Source: Camelus dromedarius (taxonomy: Eukaryota). From it: 64,000 nt of DNA. The notes beneath the pieces are model-generated. The model did not search any database, was not told where the DNA came from, and saw only the letters and a list, made by a program, of their open reading frames with translations. Location: positions 76,572,001-76,636,000 of the forward strand of contig NC_087437.1 in assembly GCF_036321535.1 (NCBI RefSeq). The letters run 5' to 3'. Shown piece after piece: positions 1-10,965 of this stretch (positions are counted from its first letter, which is position 1; every line of letters begins with the position of its first letter). The translations under genes and the position numbers were made by a program.

Positions 1-289
1 CTCAGCCCTTGTGTGTACAGCCTGCAGAGGCTGGTAGGCAAGGCAGTGAGGTGGCTGACTACCTATTGCTCTGGTGAAAACTGGCTTATAAGCTGGGCCA
101 GGAGGAGGGCATTAATCACTCTAGTTGTACAGACTAGTAAGGGGAATAGAAATTTGAGCAAGTATTGAGAGATCACTTACGACTGGCCCATCTATTGAGT
201 GAAAAGGTTATTATGGACCTCAAATATATTGAAATATAAGGACTTCTGCTTCTTGTTTTGAGGTAGAGTTGAGAAAGTCCATTGCTCAC

Positions 290-1030
290 ACTGTAGATTG
301 AGAACAATCCAATAAACTCAAAATAACAAAGAGGTAAAGAACCATAAATGAATGAAAGTCTAGAGAGGGATCATGATCCTTCCTAGCAGAGGAGGACCCA
401 TGACTGCTTTCTTCTCTGAGGGAACAGCAGAAAGAGGCACTAACTCACCTCAAACTGGATAAGAAGAAACCAGATGAACTTTTAATAAACGTTTGACAAT
501 GAATGTTGATTGGTTTTTTGGATTAGACCCCAAGGAGCCCTCGTCTGAGAGCAAGGCCACGTCTGCCTTCCTATTCTTGCCGTTTAAAGTTCAGAGGCAG
601 CATGCTGAAGGCTAGGGGCAGGGCAGGAGAGCTGAGAAATTCCCCTGAGGCACACAGTTTCTTTGTAGCACTAAGAGCAAATACATGCCACTCACAGAGT
701 GCTAAAGGCTGGAGGCAGGGCGGCAGAGCTAAGAGAAATTCCTTTGGCATACCAGGACTGTACTGCTTGCAAAGCAATGACACCCTGAAGGCTAAGGGAA
801 GGATGGTAGGCTGGAGAAAGATTTTCTTGGTTTGGGACGGGAGAGCAAAGGGACTCCGCAGATGTCTTAAAAGCTGATGGACAGACTATAAAGCATAGAG
901 AGACCTTTGAAGCATTGTTTGAGTTCAGATCACAATTCCTGATCTTGCCATTGAAATATTTGAAACTACTGGTAACTAGAATTGAAGTAAAGCTGCAACA
1001 AATTCAAACTTAACTACAAATTAGATCAGC
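290..1030 (+). mobile_element. Probable old L1M 5' UTR-like region with degenerate internal repeats
   Basis: Purine-rich sequence resembling old L1M 5' ends, upstream of a + strand L1 ORF2 fragment; three degenerate GCTRAAGGCTRGRGGCAGG..GAGAAATT copies at about 603, 700 and 783. Confidence 0.4.
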
Positions 1031-1237
1031 TCAGCCTGGAACTGGTACAGCATCGCTTGTGTTGCATTCTGTTGGTCAAAGCCAGTTAGCAAGACCAGTA
1101 CATACTCCAGGGTAAAACAAATAATCTCCATCTCAATGTGAAGATTAACATCATGTACAGAGAGGATAGAAATTGTTGGGACCCATATTTGTAGACTAGT
1201 TATGATAGTGAGCGATACTTCTATAAATAGTCCATTG

Positions 1238-1293
1238 TTTTAAGAATGAACCAAACATTTTAAGAATAAACCAAACATTTTAAGAATAAACCA
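1238..1293. repeat. 20-bp tandem repeat (TTTTAAGAATAAACCAAACA) x2.8
   Basis: Units at 1238, 1258 and 1278 read directly; one mismatch. Confidence 0.9.
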
Positions 1294-2110
1294 GGAGAAA
1301 TTAGAAAATATTTCAAATTGAATGATAATAAAAATGCAACCTGTCAAAATTTGTGGAATGCAATATCATATTACATTACTTACAGGAAAATTTGTAGTGT
1401 TATAAATGCTTATATTAGACAAGACAAAAGCTTTAAAATTAATTATCTAAGTTTTCTGCTTAAGCAAGTAGAAAAACAAGAGCAAGTTAAATCCAAAATA
1501 AGAAGAACGTAATTAACAAAGTGCAAAACCCAATAAATTATAAAATGGACAAACAATAGAGAAAATTAACAAAGAAACCAAAGCCAAAAGTTAAAGATTA
1601 AGGAAATTGATAAAAACCCTAACAAGACAGCTCAAAAGAAAAAAAGGAGGAAACCCCTGACAAATGATCAATACCAAGAATTGAAAATGGGACACCACTA
1701 AAAGGATATAAAGGGATATGATAAACAACTTTCTGCCGATAAATTTGACCATTTAGATAAAACAAATAAATACCTTGATAGACACATATTGCCAAAACTG
1801 ATGCAAGAAGAAACAATATCTGAATAGCTTTATATCAGTGAAAGAAATTGAATCACTGGCAAACTTCACTGATGAATCCTATCAAATATCTAAGGAAAAG
1901 AACTCTTACTGATCTTACACAAACATTTTCAAAATACAGAGGAAGAGAAAACACTTCTAACTAGAGTTTTGAGCATATCCCCGATACTGAAACCTGAGAA
2001 GGACATTTCAGGATGAGGAAAACACAGATGAATAATCCTCATGAACATGGACATGGAAATCTTTAGTACAATATCAGCACATCTAACAATATATAAAAAT
2101 ATATGTTTCA
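1290..2110 (+). mobile_element. Old L1 ORF2 fragment (post-endonuclease region), degenerate
   Basis: Peptide NDNKNATCQNLWNA...INAYIRQDKSFKINYLSFLLKQVEKQEQ matches L1 ORF2 NENKxTTYQNLWDA...LNAYIKK...INNLSFHLKKLEKEEQ; A-rich, with stops and frameshifts. Confidence 0.85.
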
Positions 2111-2339
2111 TTTAAACATGCTGTGGCCACTTATTAAGCCAAGGCAAGTATTCTTATGTTATTGCAAACTAGTTTTAAAATGACTAATTACCATGACATA
2201 AACTCTTCATGATGATAGAAATGCCTTTTAGTTATAATGACAGAACCACTTTTGGCTGAGATTTTAACACGTTAAAGTTAGGCTGCTGCCTTCATGGTGG
2301 CAAATGTTTAAACACTTTGAATTAGTGTTACTTTAGAAT

Positions 2340-2440
2340 CTCTTTCTCCCTTCTTACCTTCCTTCTTTCCTCTCTCCCTCCCTGCCTCCCTCCGCCTTTT
2401 CCTTTCCCTCTCTTTCCTCCCTCCCTTCCTTCCTTCCTTG
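2340..2440. repeat. CT-rich low-complexity tract (TTCC/TCCC)n
   Basis: Read directly. Confidence 0.85.
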
Positions 2441-2970
2441 CTATCTAGTTGGCATTATCCCATTTTCTTTAATCATGTTCTTGTTATTTATTGACAAGTC
2501 CTAGTAGGTTTTGTCTTCCTACATTAATGCTTCCTAAAATGTGTTGATCGTTAATCCTATGGCTTATGCAGCCAGACCTTGCAGAGCCTAATCTATCCAG
2601 GTATGTGTGATGTTGATGTAGTAGATGACTTTGGAGCCTGCCTCTGTTGGTACATTCCTCAAACTCACTGCGATTTCAGATGCTTTAAGAATAACGTGGA
2701 CTTAGCTATAGGTATTTTTGAAGAGATAAACATAGTTTATGTAGTGTGTTACAAAGCAAACATCCATCATCAAAGCAGCTTCTCAAAAAATATTTTCTCT
2801 GTGCCCTTTTCTCCTTTTCTCTTCCTCCTTTTCCCACTTACCATTTATCTCTTTGTCTGTTGGTGTCTCCCTCTACCCATTTATTAATACATTCATTCTC
2901 ATTCTCTTTTCAGTCATTCATATTTTTTCACCCTACACATTTTCTTTTCCTTCTCTTTCTCTTTATTTGA

Positions 2971-3020
2971 GATATCTATATCTATATACCTATATATAGA
3001 TACACACACACACACACACA
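2971..3020. repeat. (TA-rich)(CA)n microsatellite
   Basis: GATATCTATATCTATA...TACACACACACACACACACA. Confidence 0.9.
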
Positions 3021-3360
3021 GTCAGTCCTCCATATCTGCTAGTTCTGGACCTGTGGATTCAACCAACCATGGATCAAAAGTATCCAAAAGGAGTCTAGAA
3101 AGTTCCAAAAATCAAAACTTGAATTTGCTACACTCCAGCAACTATTTATATAACATTTACATTATGTTTATAACTAGTTATATAGCATTTACACTATATT
3201 AGGTATTATAAGTAATCTGGAGATAATCTTAATTATTTAAGAGGATGTGCATAGGTTATGTGCAACCAGTATGCCATTTTATATAAAGGACTTCAGTATC
3301 GGGATTCTGTTATCAGTGAGGGTCTTGGGAAAAATCCCCCTTGGGGTCCCGAGGGGTGCT
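3019..3360. mobile_element. MER2/MER2B-like TcMar-Tigger non-autonomous DNA transposon
   Basis: GTGGATTCAACCAACC, AGCATTTACACTATATTAGGTATTATAAGTAATCTGGAGAT and GGATGTGCATAGGTTATGTGCAA match the MER2 consensus as I recall it. Confidence 0.8.
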
Positions 3361-3839
3361 CCCCTCCCCTCTTGTGTGGAAACATTTCCAGTATGAAAAC
3401 TTTTATGTCTTTTGCAGCAGCCTTGGAAGTTTAATATAGTCTATGCTGTATTTTTGTCAATTCCATTTTCCTTTTTTTTTTTTTTCTTTTCCTCTTCTCC
3501 CACCTTCCCCTCACCCTCTCTCTTTGCCTCTTCTTTCCTTGGGAATAAATATTCTGGGACTCTGGTAAGCAATCTAATTACATTTCAGCTCTCTGAGAGA
3601 GGTATACATTGTATTGTATGCTGTTTCCTGAGCTTATTTAACCATAGAGTTTTTATGAGGGGACATTGTGTGGAGCTAATTTATGTGGGAAAAAAATGGG
3701 ACACTCTGCTCTATTTTAATAAACACTATTCTCTTTTTGCTTTTAAGATTTTTTTAAATAATTATACCAAAGTAAATGCTTATTATAAATGACAGTTTTA
3801 TAAACGTATAAAGTTAAAAAGTAACAATTCTATATTCCA

Positions 3840-3940
3840 ACTAAAAGTATGCTCCATGAAGGGAGGGGCCATGTCTTGTCAGATTCACCATTATATCCTC
3901 TTGTCCAGCACAGTGCTGGGCACTGAGTAGGCCCTGAATT
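3840..3940 (+). mobile_element. L2 3'-end fragment
   Basis: CTCCATGAAGGGAGGGGCCATGTC...CCAGCACAGTGCTGGGCACTGAGTAGG, a typical L2 tail. Confidence 0.65.
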
Positions 3941-4701
3941 TTCTAAACTGGTACAAACATATAAGATGTATCTCTTAATCAGCATCTAAAATACATTTGC
4001 AACTATTCTGCATTTACATGTCATATAGTTCTTATGCAGTAACTCACAATGAATTCATAGTGAATCTGTGTAATGTGGAAGTCCCTGCGCAGCAGCAGAT
4101 GCAATCCAAGGCTTTAGATTGAATTTTTGCAAGAATTTGTGAATATATTCAGGAGCAATGGGCTACTCTTATCCCCTTCCACATGAAATAGAATTCTTAA
4201 TGTAGGGACCCAGGATTCTATTTTCGGTAACAGTCTTAAGTTCACCTGCTATTTCTCTGCCTCATTCATGCTACAGGCAGTGATAACTGTACTGTCATTC
4301 AAGAAAAATATTAGCGACTTTCAAATCACAGACCTAATAATTGCTATTCTGTCTATAGGAGGAATCAGTGTTGGCAGACGCCTTCTAGTGTAAAACCACA
4401 TAACCCCGTATACTATCTGTGGCAGATCATAAATTAAATTTACTTTAATAACTAGTTCTTTAAATCTGAAAACAAACATGAAAGTTATTAAATGTTCAAA
4501 CAGCACAGAAGAGAATACAATGAAAATAAGTCTGGAGACCCCTACCCACCTAGCCCACCCTTTTCAGTGGCGTATGCTCTAACAGTATCCTGTGTTACCT
4601 TACAGAATTTTTTTGATCACAAATTTTTAGCTTCCAAGATTGTCTTTTGGGAAAAAGTTAAACAGAGACATATAGAGAAAACACATAACAGGAGATCATT
4701 A

Positions 4702-4879
4702 TAAAAGAAAGAAAAAAGGAAAGAAAGAAAGAAAAGAAAGAAAAAAGAAAGAAAAGAAAGAAAGAAAGGAAGGAAGGAAGGAAGGAAGGAAGGAAGAAAG
4801 AAAGGAAAGAAAGAAAGAAAGAAAGAAGGAAAGAAAGAAAGAAAGAAAGAAAGAAAGAGAAAGGAAGAAAGAAAGAAAA
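4702..4879. repeat. Compound (GAAA)n/(GGAA)n microsatellite, about 180 bp
   Basis: Pure purine tract; source of the F/L/S-rich spurious ORFs at 4617-5189. Confidence 0.97.
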
Positions 4880-4928
4880 CGGAGCCCTCCAGATTCCACA
4901 CATCAACATGGGAACTAGAGATTAAAAT

Positions 4929-4965
4929 ACACACACACACAGACACACAGACACAGACACACACG
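4929..4965. repeat. (CA)n microsatellite, interrupted
   Basis: ACACACACACACAGACACACAGACACAGACACACACG. Confidence 0.9.
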
Positions 4966-5254
4966 CATGCATTTGTACCCCAGGCCTCTGGCTTTCTGTG
5001 TTCTCCATGGGGTTGCTGAGAATCCCATCCAGTCTTTTGTGAATGAGAAATCGTGGAATGGGCGGTTTCTTGGCTGTTGCCCTGGTGGTCTGTCATTTGA
5101 TCACCCCTCCTGAGAAGGAATCCTGTTAAAAAAAAACTCCCTGCCTCATGATAACTGTCTTGTTTCATATGGATAAAGGATGTTCTCAATATGATAATGA
5201 CAGGTAGGGTGATATAGTTTGGACCTGGGCAAGTGTGTGTGGACTTTCTTTAAA

Positions 5255-5475
5255 CCATTGATCACAAATGGGGGCAATTTTGTCTCCCCAAGGGCATTTG
5301 GCAATGTGTCTGGAAACATCATTGATTATCATGACTGGGGTGGGTGAGTAGAGCCAGCATCTAGTGTGTAGAAGCCAGGGGTGCCCTTAAGCACCCTACA
5401 AGGCACAGGAAAGCCCCTTACAACAAAGAATTAGCTGGTCCAGGATGCAATATTGCGAAGACTGAGGAACTCTAT
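5255..5475. mobile_element. MER20 hAT-Charlie DNA transposon
   Basis: GGGGCAATTTTG..CCCCAAGGGCATTTGGCAATG..CATCTAGTG.GTAGAAGCCAGGG..CCTACA..GCACAGGA..CAACAAAGAATTA. Confidence 0.85.
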
Positions 5476-6249
5476 TTTAAATGAGCTGTTTTGCCATTTC
5501 TTCTTTTGGGGACAATGATTTTCATTCAGAGAAACAACTCAAAATAAGCAGCAATGTCAACAGCAATAAAATCCTATGCAATTTTCCACTGGGTTTACAG
5601 TTCAGACTTTTGAACCTCAGACCATAATGGGAGAGTTTGGTGCCTTACTAGGTCATCCAGAAAATAATTTTTTCATAGCATTACCTATCCTTAGCTTTTC
5701 CTCTTTTTAAATAACCTTTTCTGATTATATTGCCAATGGGAAAAAAAAACACGACATACTGCAAGGAGAAGAAACTTGAATAGCAGGGAATAATAGCAAA
5801 TAACTATTTTATATTTGTTTGGAAAATACTAAAAAGATAGATAATAAGTCCCATGTTCATTTTCCTTTGCTGAATTTTATTACCAGCTACTTTTTCTCTG
5901 GTTCTGACCAGAATCTTTCCACAGATACTCTTTCAGTCAAAAGTTGCTATAAATCCCTTTCAGGGTGAAGCCTGACAGCTGTGTTCTGGTGGGCTAATTG
6001 TATTTAATCTGCTCATTTCTGAGTGTCATTGCAGATTAAAGCATGTGAAAAATTAAATAATGTGAGGTTGCATTGACGCTAGGTTAGAAGATTCTTGACC
6101 CGTAATAAATCCTGTCTTTGCTTCATTTTGGAGCATTTTGTTGGCCTACAGGAAATGTGGAATATTGAACACCTAAAGTTGTCTTAGTAAAGGGAATTAG
6201 ATTATTGGATCTGCAATAAAAGTGTTTAGAGGGTATGACTACACCCCTT

Positions 6250-6375
6250 AAATTGTTGATAAGAAAGTGGAGGTTCCAACAGATAAGTGACTTGCCCTTG
6301 GTCGCAGTCAGTGGCAATCCTGGAGCTGGAGTCCAGCCCCATCTCCTCATCTGAGTCCCCTGCTCTTTGGCACTA
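6250..6375 (-). mobile_element. MIR SINE fragment
   Basis: AAGTGACTTGCCCTTGGTCGCAGTCAGTGGCAATCCTGGAGCTGGAGTCCAG core. Confidence 0.6.
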
Positions 6376-6684
6376 CTTCTGTGCTAAAGCTTATAATTAC
6401 CACCATGTGACCAGAGCTGCCCGGAGTAAAATAGCCAAGGTCAGACCATAATATCTTGTATGTATTCATCATTTTAAACTATTCGAACTACTTTCACATG
6501 TATTATCTCACAACAGAAACAACGTTATTACACAAACAGAACAAGAATTATGTGAAGTTAATTAACTAATAAGAAATAGACCCAGATGTCCCAGTGCAGG
6601 ACTCTACTTTCCAGTTCCCTGCAGGTTTATTGTAGAAGTGAACAATTCTACACTGGTATGAAAATAGCTGCTCTGTGTCTGTTG

Positions 6685-6900
6685 GTTACTGTGTGTCTGG
6701 TACTGTGCGGAGTACGTGCATTTGCCCATTTATTCCTCACAATAGCTCTAGGAGTTTGGTATGATTATTAATTTCATTGGCGTGATGAACAAACTGAGGT
6801 TTATTGAGATTTTGTAACTTGCTTAAGTTTACACCACAAGTAAGTTTAGACAAAGATCTCTTTTATTCTAAAGTTCATATATTAACAATTATACTATACT
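6685..6900 (-). mobile_element. MIR SINE
   Basis: TTATTCCTCACAATAGCTCTAGGAG...GATGAACAAACTGAGGTTT..GTAACTTGCTTAAG. Confidence 0.7.
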
Positions 6901-7506
6901 ACCAGCATTGTTCAGTATGGTTTTTCTATGACTCGTTTGTAACCAGTACAATTTTCTGATTGGATTAGCTATTACAGATCCAATTTTATGCACTGGTGTT
7001 CTGATCTTTTAAAAACTACTATAATTTTCACCCTTATTTATTGCTGATGTTGGGAAGAATGGAGACAACAGGTTAAGACAGTTTTCTCTCTTTCTCTTCC
7101 ACGTTTACTCAGTAGCTCCTATCTGATTTTCCTGCTCAGCATACTTGTATTTACATTCAATTTAACCTACCCACTGCAGAAAGAGCAGGCTTTCTAGGAA
7201 AGAAATCTGCTTGTGTCACAATTTAGAAGCCTTTAATGGATCACCTATAACTTAAAACTCAGGATGTTCTTAAGATTTGTTCCCTGCTTTATTGTGAATT
7301 TTATCTCCTACCAATCCACTATGGACTCTGCTCTAGCCACCCTGAAATGTGGTAGTTTCCCACTGACATCAAGCAGGTTTATGTGTGTGCATTTTCATGT
7401 TCTTCAAATTACATCTCCACACTGCCCACCTGCTTCCTTCCCCTGCCCCAACTTGGCCCTTATTTAATTCTTTTGTTCTTTAAAACTTCCTTTAAGAATG
7501 TTGCTT

Positions 7507-8229
7507 CTGAGAAAAAGGAACCCTCCTACACTGTTGGTGGAAATGTAAATTGGTGCAACCACTATGGAGGACAGTATGGAGGTTCCTTAAAAAACTAAAA
7601 ATAGACTTACCGTATGATCTAGCAATCACATTCCTGGGCATATATCTAGAGAAAACTATAATTCGAAAAGACACATGCACCCCAATGTTCATAGCAGCAC
7701 TGTTTACAATAGCCAAGACATGAAAACAACCTAAATGTCCATCAACAGATGACTGGATGAAGAAGATGTAGTATATATATACAGTGGAATATTACTCAGC
7801 CATAAAAAGAATGAAATAATGTCATTTGCAGCAACATGGATGGGCCAAGAGAATATCATATTGCATGAAGTAAGTCAGAGAAAGACAAATGTATGATATC
7901 ACTTCTATGTGGAATCTAAAAAAATGATACAAGTTCTGTTTACAAACCAAAACCAGACTCATGGATATAGAAAACAAACCATGGTTACCAAAAGGGAGAG
8001 GGCAGGAAGGGATAAATTAGGGGTTGGGGATTAACAGAAATACATTACTATATATAAAATAAACAAGGACCGACTGTACAGCACAGGGAACTGTATTCAG
8101 TTTCTTATAACATATAATGGAAAAGAATCTGAAAAGAAAAAAAAATATATGTATGTATATGTATAACTGAATCACTTTGCTGTATACCTGAAATTAACAT
8201 TGTAAATCAATTATACTTCGATAAAAAAA
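7507..8229 (+). mobile_element. 5'-truncated cetartiodactyl L1 (ORF2 end + 3' UTR + poly-A) with target-site duplication
   Basis: [20 protein letters not shown] peptide; 3' UTR ..GTATAACTGAATCACTTTGCTGTATACCTGAAATTAACATTGTAAATCAATTATACTTC; TSD AAGAATGTTGCTT (7494-7506) / AAGAATATTGCTT (8228-8240) at a TT/AAGA site. Confidence 0.95.
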
Positions 8230-8309
8230 GAATATTGCTTATGAGCTCCCCAAACACTAAGAACATAGTTCTATCATGGCCCCTATCATTGTCTTTGATA
8301 ACTGACTTT

Positions 8310-8430
8310 CCTTCCCAACTATGTTATGAGCTGTTTGCTAGAAGGCACCATTTCTTATATCTCTTTATTTCCCCAATGCTTAGCTCAGTTCCTGATGTAT
8401 GATAGCAAGTCAATAAAGTTGAATAAGTGT
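8310..8430 (+). mobile_element. L2 3'-end fragment
   Basis: TATTTCCCCAATGCTTAGCTCAGTTCCTGATGTATGATAGCAAGTCAATAAAGTTGAATAAGTG. Confidence 0.6.
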
Positions 8431-9557
8431 GATAATATCACAAGAATTTGGGGATTGAGTAGATATGGAAAGTAAAGAGAAAGATGAGTGAAAGATGGCT
8501 CTAAGAAAGCTCCTTTGGGTAGGTGGGGAGATCTTTATGCTGTTACCTGAAACAGGAGACTTAAGAGAATCTGGTTGTGAGAAAGAAAATTAGTAGATTT
8601 GGGTTTGCTCATGACCAAAGAATAGCAATCTTAACCAAATAAATACATATGTACCTAGCAGAATAGTTAGAAATTTAGGTTTTGTGAACAAAAATTTAAA
8701 AAGGCTCTATCTTTTGTAAATGTAAAATACATCAATTTTAAGTTCCTCTTTAATGCATGTGTTTATGCAAGTGAAAGGAAAAAGTGGACCGACTTCCTTG
8801 CTCAGACTGCAGGTTTTCGTCTGTCACCTTCTTGACACTGTTCATGCAGAAGCAGAAATTGACTCTACACTTTATGAGCAACTGATCTGCAGCAAGGGAG
8901 TACACTTTATGAGTCTAGCTGAAATGGAATGCGACGTTCAAATGGAATGTTTTTTGGTAGCTAAATGGCTCTTAACGTTGTATAAATATCATTCATTGAA
9001 TTAGTGAACTAGGAGTAGTTTGCTTTAAGATGCTCATGCCTTTGGTTTATAAGCCTTATTAGTTAAGCAGAAATTTTGTTTATGAAAATAGACTTTCTGT
9101 TCTCAATTTCTGTTCTCAAACAACAGAGAACAGAGTCCTGTGCTGAATTAACTCGCTTTGTGAGAATTGTACAGAAGTGGAGATAGTATACAGCTAACCA
9201 TTTTGCTCTTTCTGGAATGGACCTGTCTGGTTACTTCACTACTGTTTTATCTCCTACATGCATGCATATTTTTTGGCAAAATGTGACCACAATGATTTTA
9301 ATTTCCACGGGGATTTTGAAAATACAAGATGCCTCTCTAATTCTCTGGCAGAGGAGCTAGTTAGCAGAGCTTAGAATTCTCTTAATGGAGAACTTACTGT
9401 GAATGCAGTTTAAATAGAAAAAAGGTAAGCTTGTTGCTGGGAGGTGGGACGTTGTCAGGCACATCCTGGATAGCAACAATATTTTTACCTTCCCAAGTCC
9501 TCCTGGGGGCACTTCATTAAACAATCAAATATAAGTGTTCTGAAATAGGGGGTGTCT

Positions 9558-9928
9558 GATGTGGGCTGAATTGTGTCCCTCCCAAAAGGCAGCTGTTGAA
9601 GTCCTAACCTTTCAAAATGTGACCATATCTGGAGATGGGGTCTTTACAGAGGGAACTAGGTTAAAATAAGGCCATAAGGATGGGCTTTAATTGAATAGAA
9701 GAGGAAATTTGCACACAGACACACATATAGGGAAGATCATGTGAAGCCATAGAGTGAAGCCAAGAAGAGAGGCCTGGACAGATCCTTCCTTCACAGGCCT
9801 CAGAAGGCCCAATGTGAAGACATTTTCATGTTGGACTCTCCTCTCCAAAACCGTGAGAAAAAAAGTTTCTCTTGTTTGAGCCACCCAGTCTGTGGTCCTT
9901 TGTTGTGGTAGCCCTAGCATGCTAAAAC
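9558..9928 (+). mobile_element. MaLR solo LTR (MLT1A/B/C-like)
   Basis: GGGCTGAATTGTGTCCCTCCCAAAA..GTTGAAGTCCTAACC..GGAGATGGGGTCTTTACAGAGG..GCCACCCAGTCTGTGG..TTGT.GTAGCCCTAG. Confidence 0.85.
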
Positions 9929-10799
9929 GAGGCTTTCTCATCTCTGTATCCTCAGGCCCTAGTGTGTGACCCAGGACTTAGCAAGTTCTCAACAGCATTT
10001 TTATTCTAAAGGAGTAGAAAGGGGTCACGTTGATCTTTGTAAGGGGTTTACACAACTTGGAGGAATATGCGCAATCCACAGACTGTTACTCATTTTTAAA
10101 AATTCATCAATCAGCCAACAGTTACCAAAACTTTTTTTGGTCTTGTAGTGAGTCCTGCGCACTGGCTGTACTCAAAAGAGTGGACATCAACTCTGTTTTC
10201 AAAGAGCTCATTGCCTGGGTTTCTTCATCCTGAAAATCAAAGACTTAATGAAAGTTCTCATGGGAGCCTCATCTGCAAAGGTGGTCCTCCCTCTTTCTCC
10301 TAGTTCTGTCTCTGTAAGTAATGGTCCTTTTTTTCTTGTGAGGAAGGTATCATCAGTCATTTGCATTATAGCTTTCTAAACACATAGGTTTAAAATTTCC
10401 TGTGGGTAGGTAGGGAAGTAGGCTGGTGTAATCAGAAACTGTTTTTTGGTCTGGGTTTCAGGCTAATGTTTAGATGATTATGGTCCCCTGGGATTTAGGC
10501 ATCCACTGTACATTTGTCAGTATCACTTTAGTGTTCTTTATTTAGACTTGCAGCAAAAAAAAAAAAAATTTACCCTGTAGATGAACTTTTAACTGAATTT
10601 TCTGTGGAGTTGAATGGAGCATAAAATACATAAGGCTGAGTTTAAATTGGACTGGTAATCTTTTCTCATATGAAGAGCTGGTAAGTATTCTTTAGCCATC
10701 TGAGGATACGTCAACATTTCAGTCTTACTTTCTAGGAATGAGAGTTATTCTTCAGTGCCGCATTCTCCGGGTAGTGACAATTTTACTGATCCTTTATAG

Positions 10800-10965
10800 C
10801 TGCTGTTTTATTGAATTCTTAAAACAACCATAAGCAGTGAATGTAATTATCATATCCATTTTACAGATGAGGAGATTGGGGAGCACAGAGGTTAAGATCA
10901 TCTGACTAGTCAGAGGCAAAGCCAAGGTTTAGAGGAAGTGGCCTGTCACCAAAGCCTGTGTCTCT
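10800..10965 (-). mobile_element. MIR SINE
   Basis: CCATTTTACAGATGAGGAGATTGGGGAGCACAGAGGTTAAG core. Confidence 0.75.

Noticed and set aside
4617..5189. 190-aa, 83-aa and 66-aa minus-strand ORFs
   Set aside because: Stop-free translation of the (GAAA)n/(CA)n microsatellites; low complexity
8866..9135. Short direct repeats (TACACTTTATGAG x2, AAATGGAATG x2, TTTCTGTTCTCAA x2) and a 9-bp hairpin
   Set aside because: Two-copy micro-duplications typical of slippage; no array periodicity
9350..9429. Plus-strand exon-like segment with AAG|GTAAGC donor
   Set aside because: Stops in all three frames; isolated splice-like motifs are expected by chance
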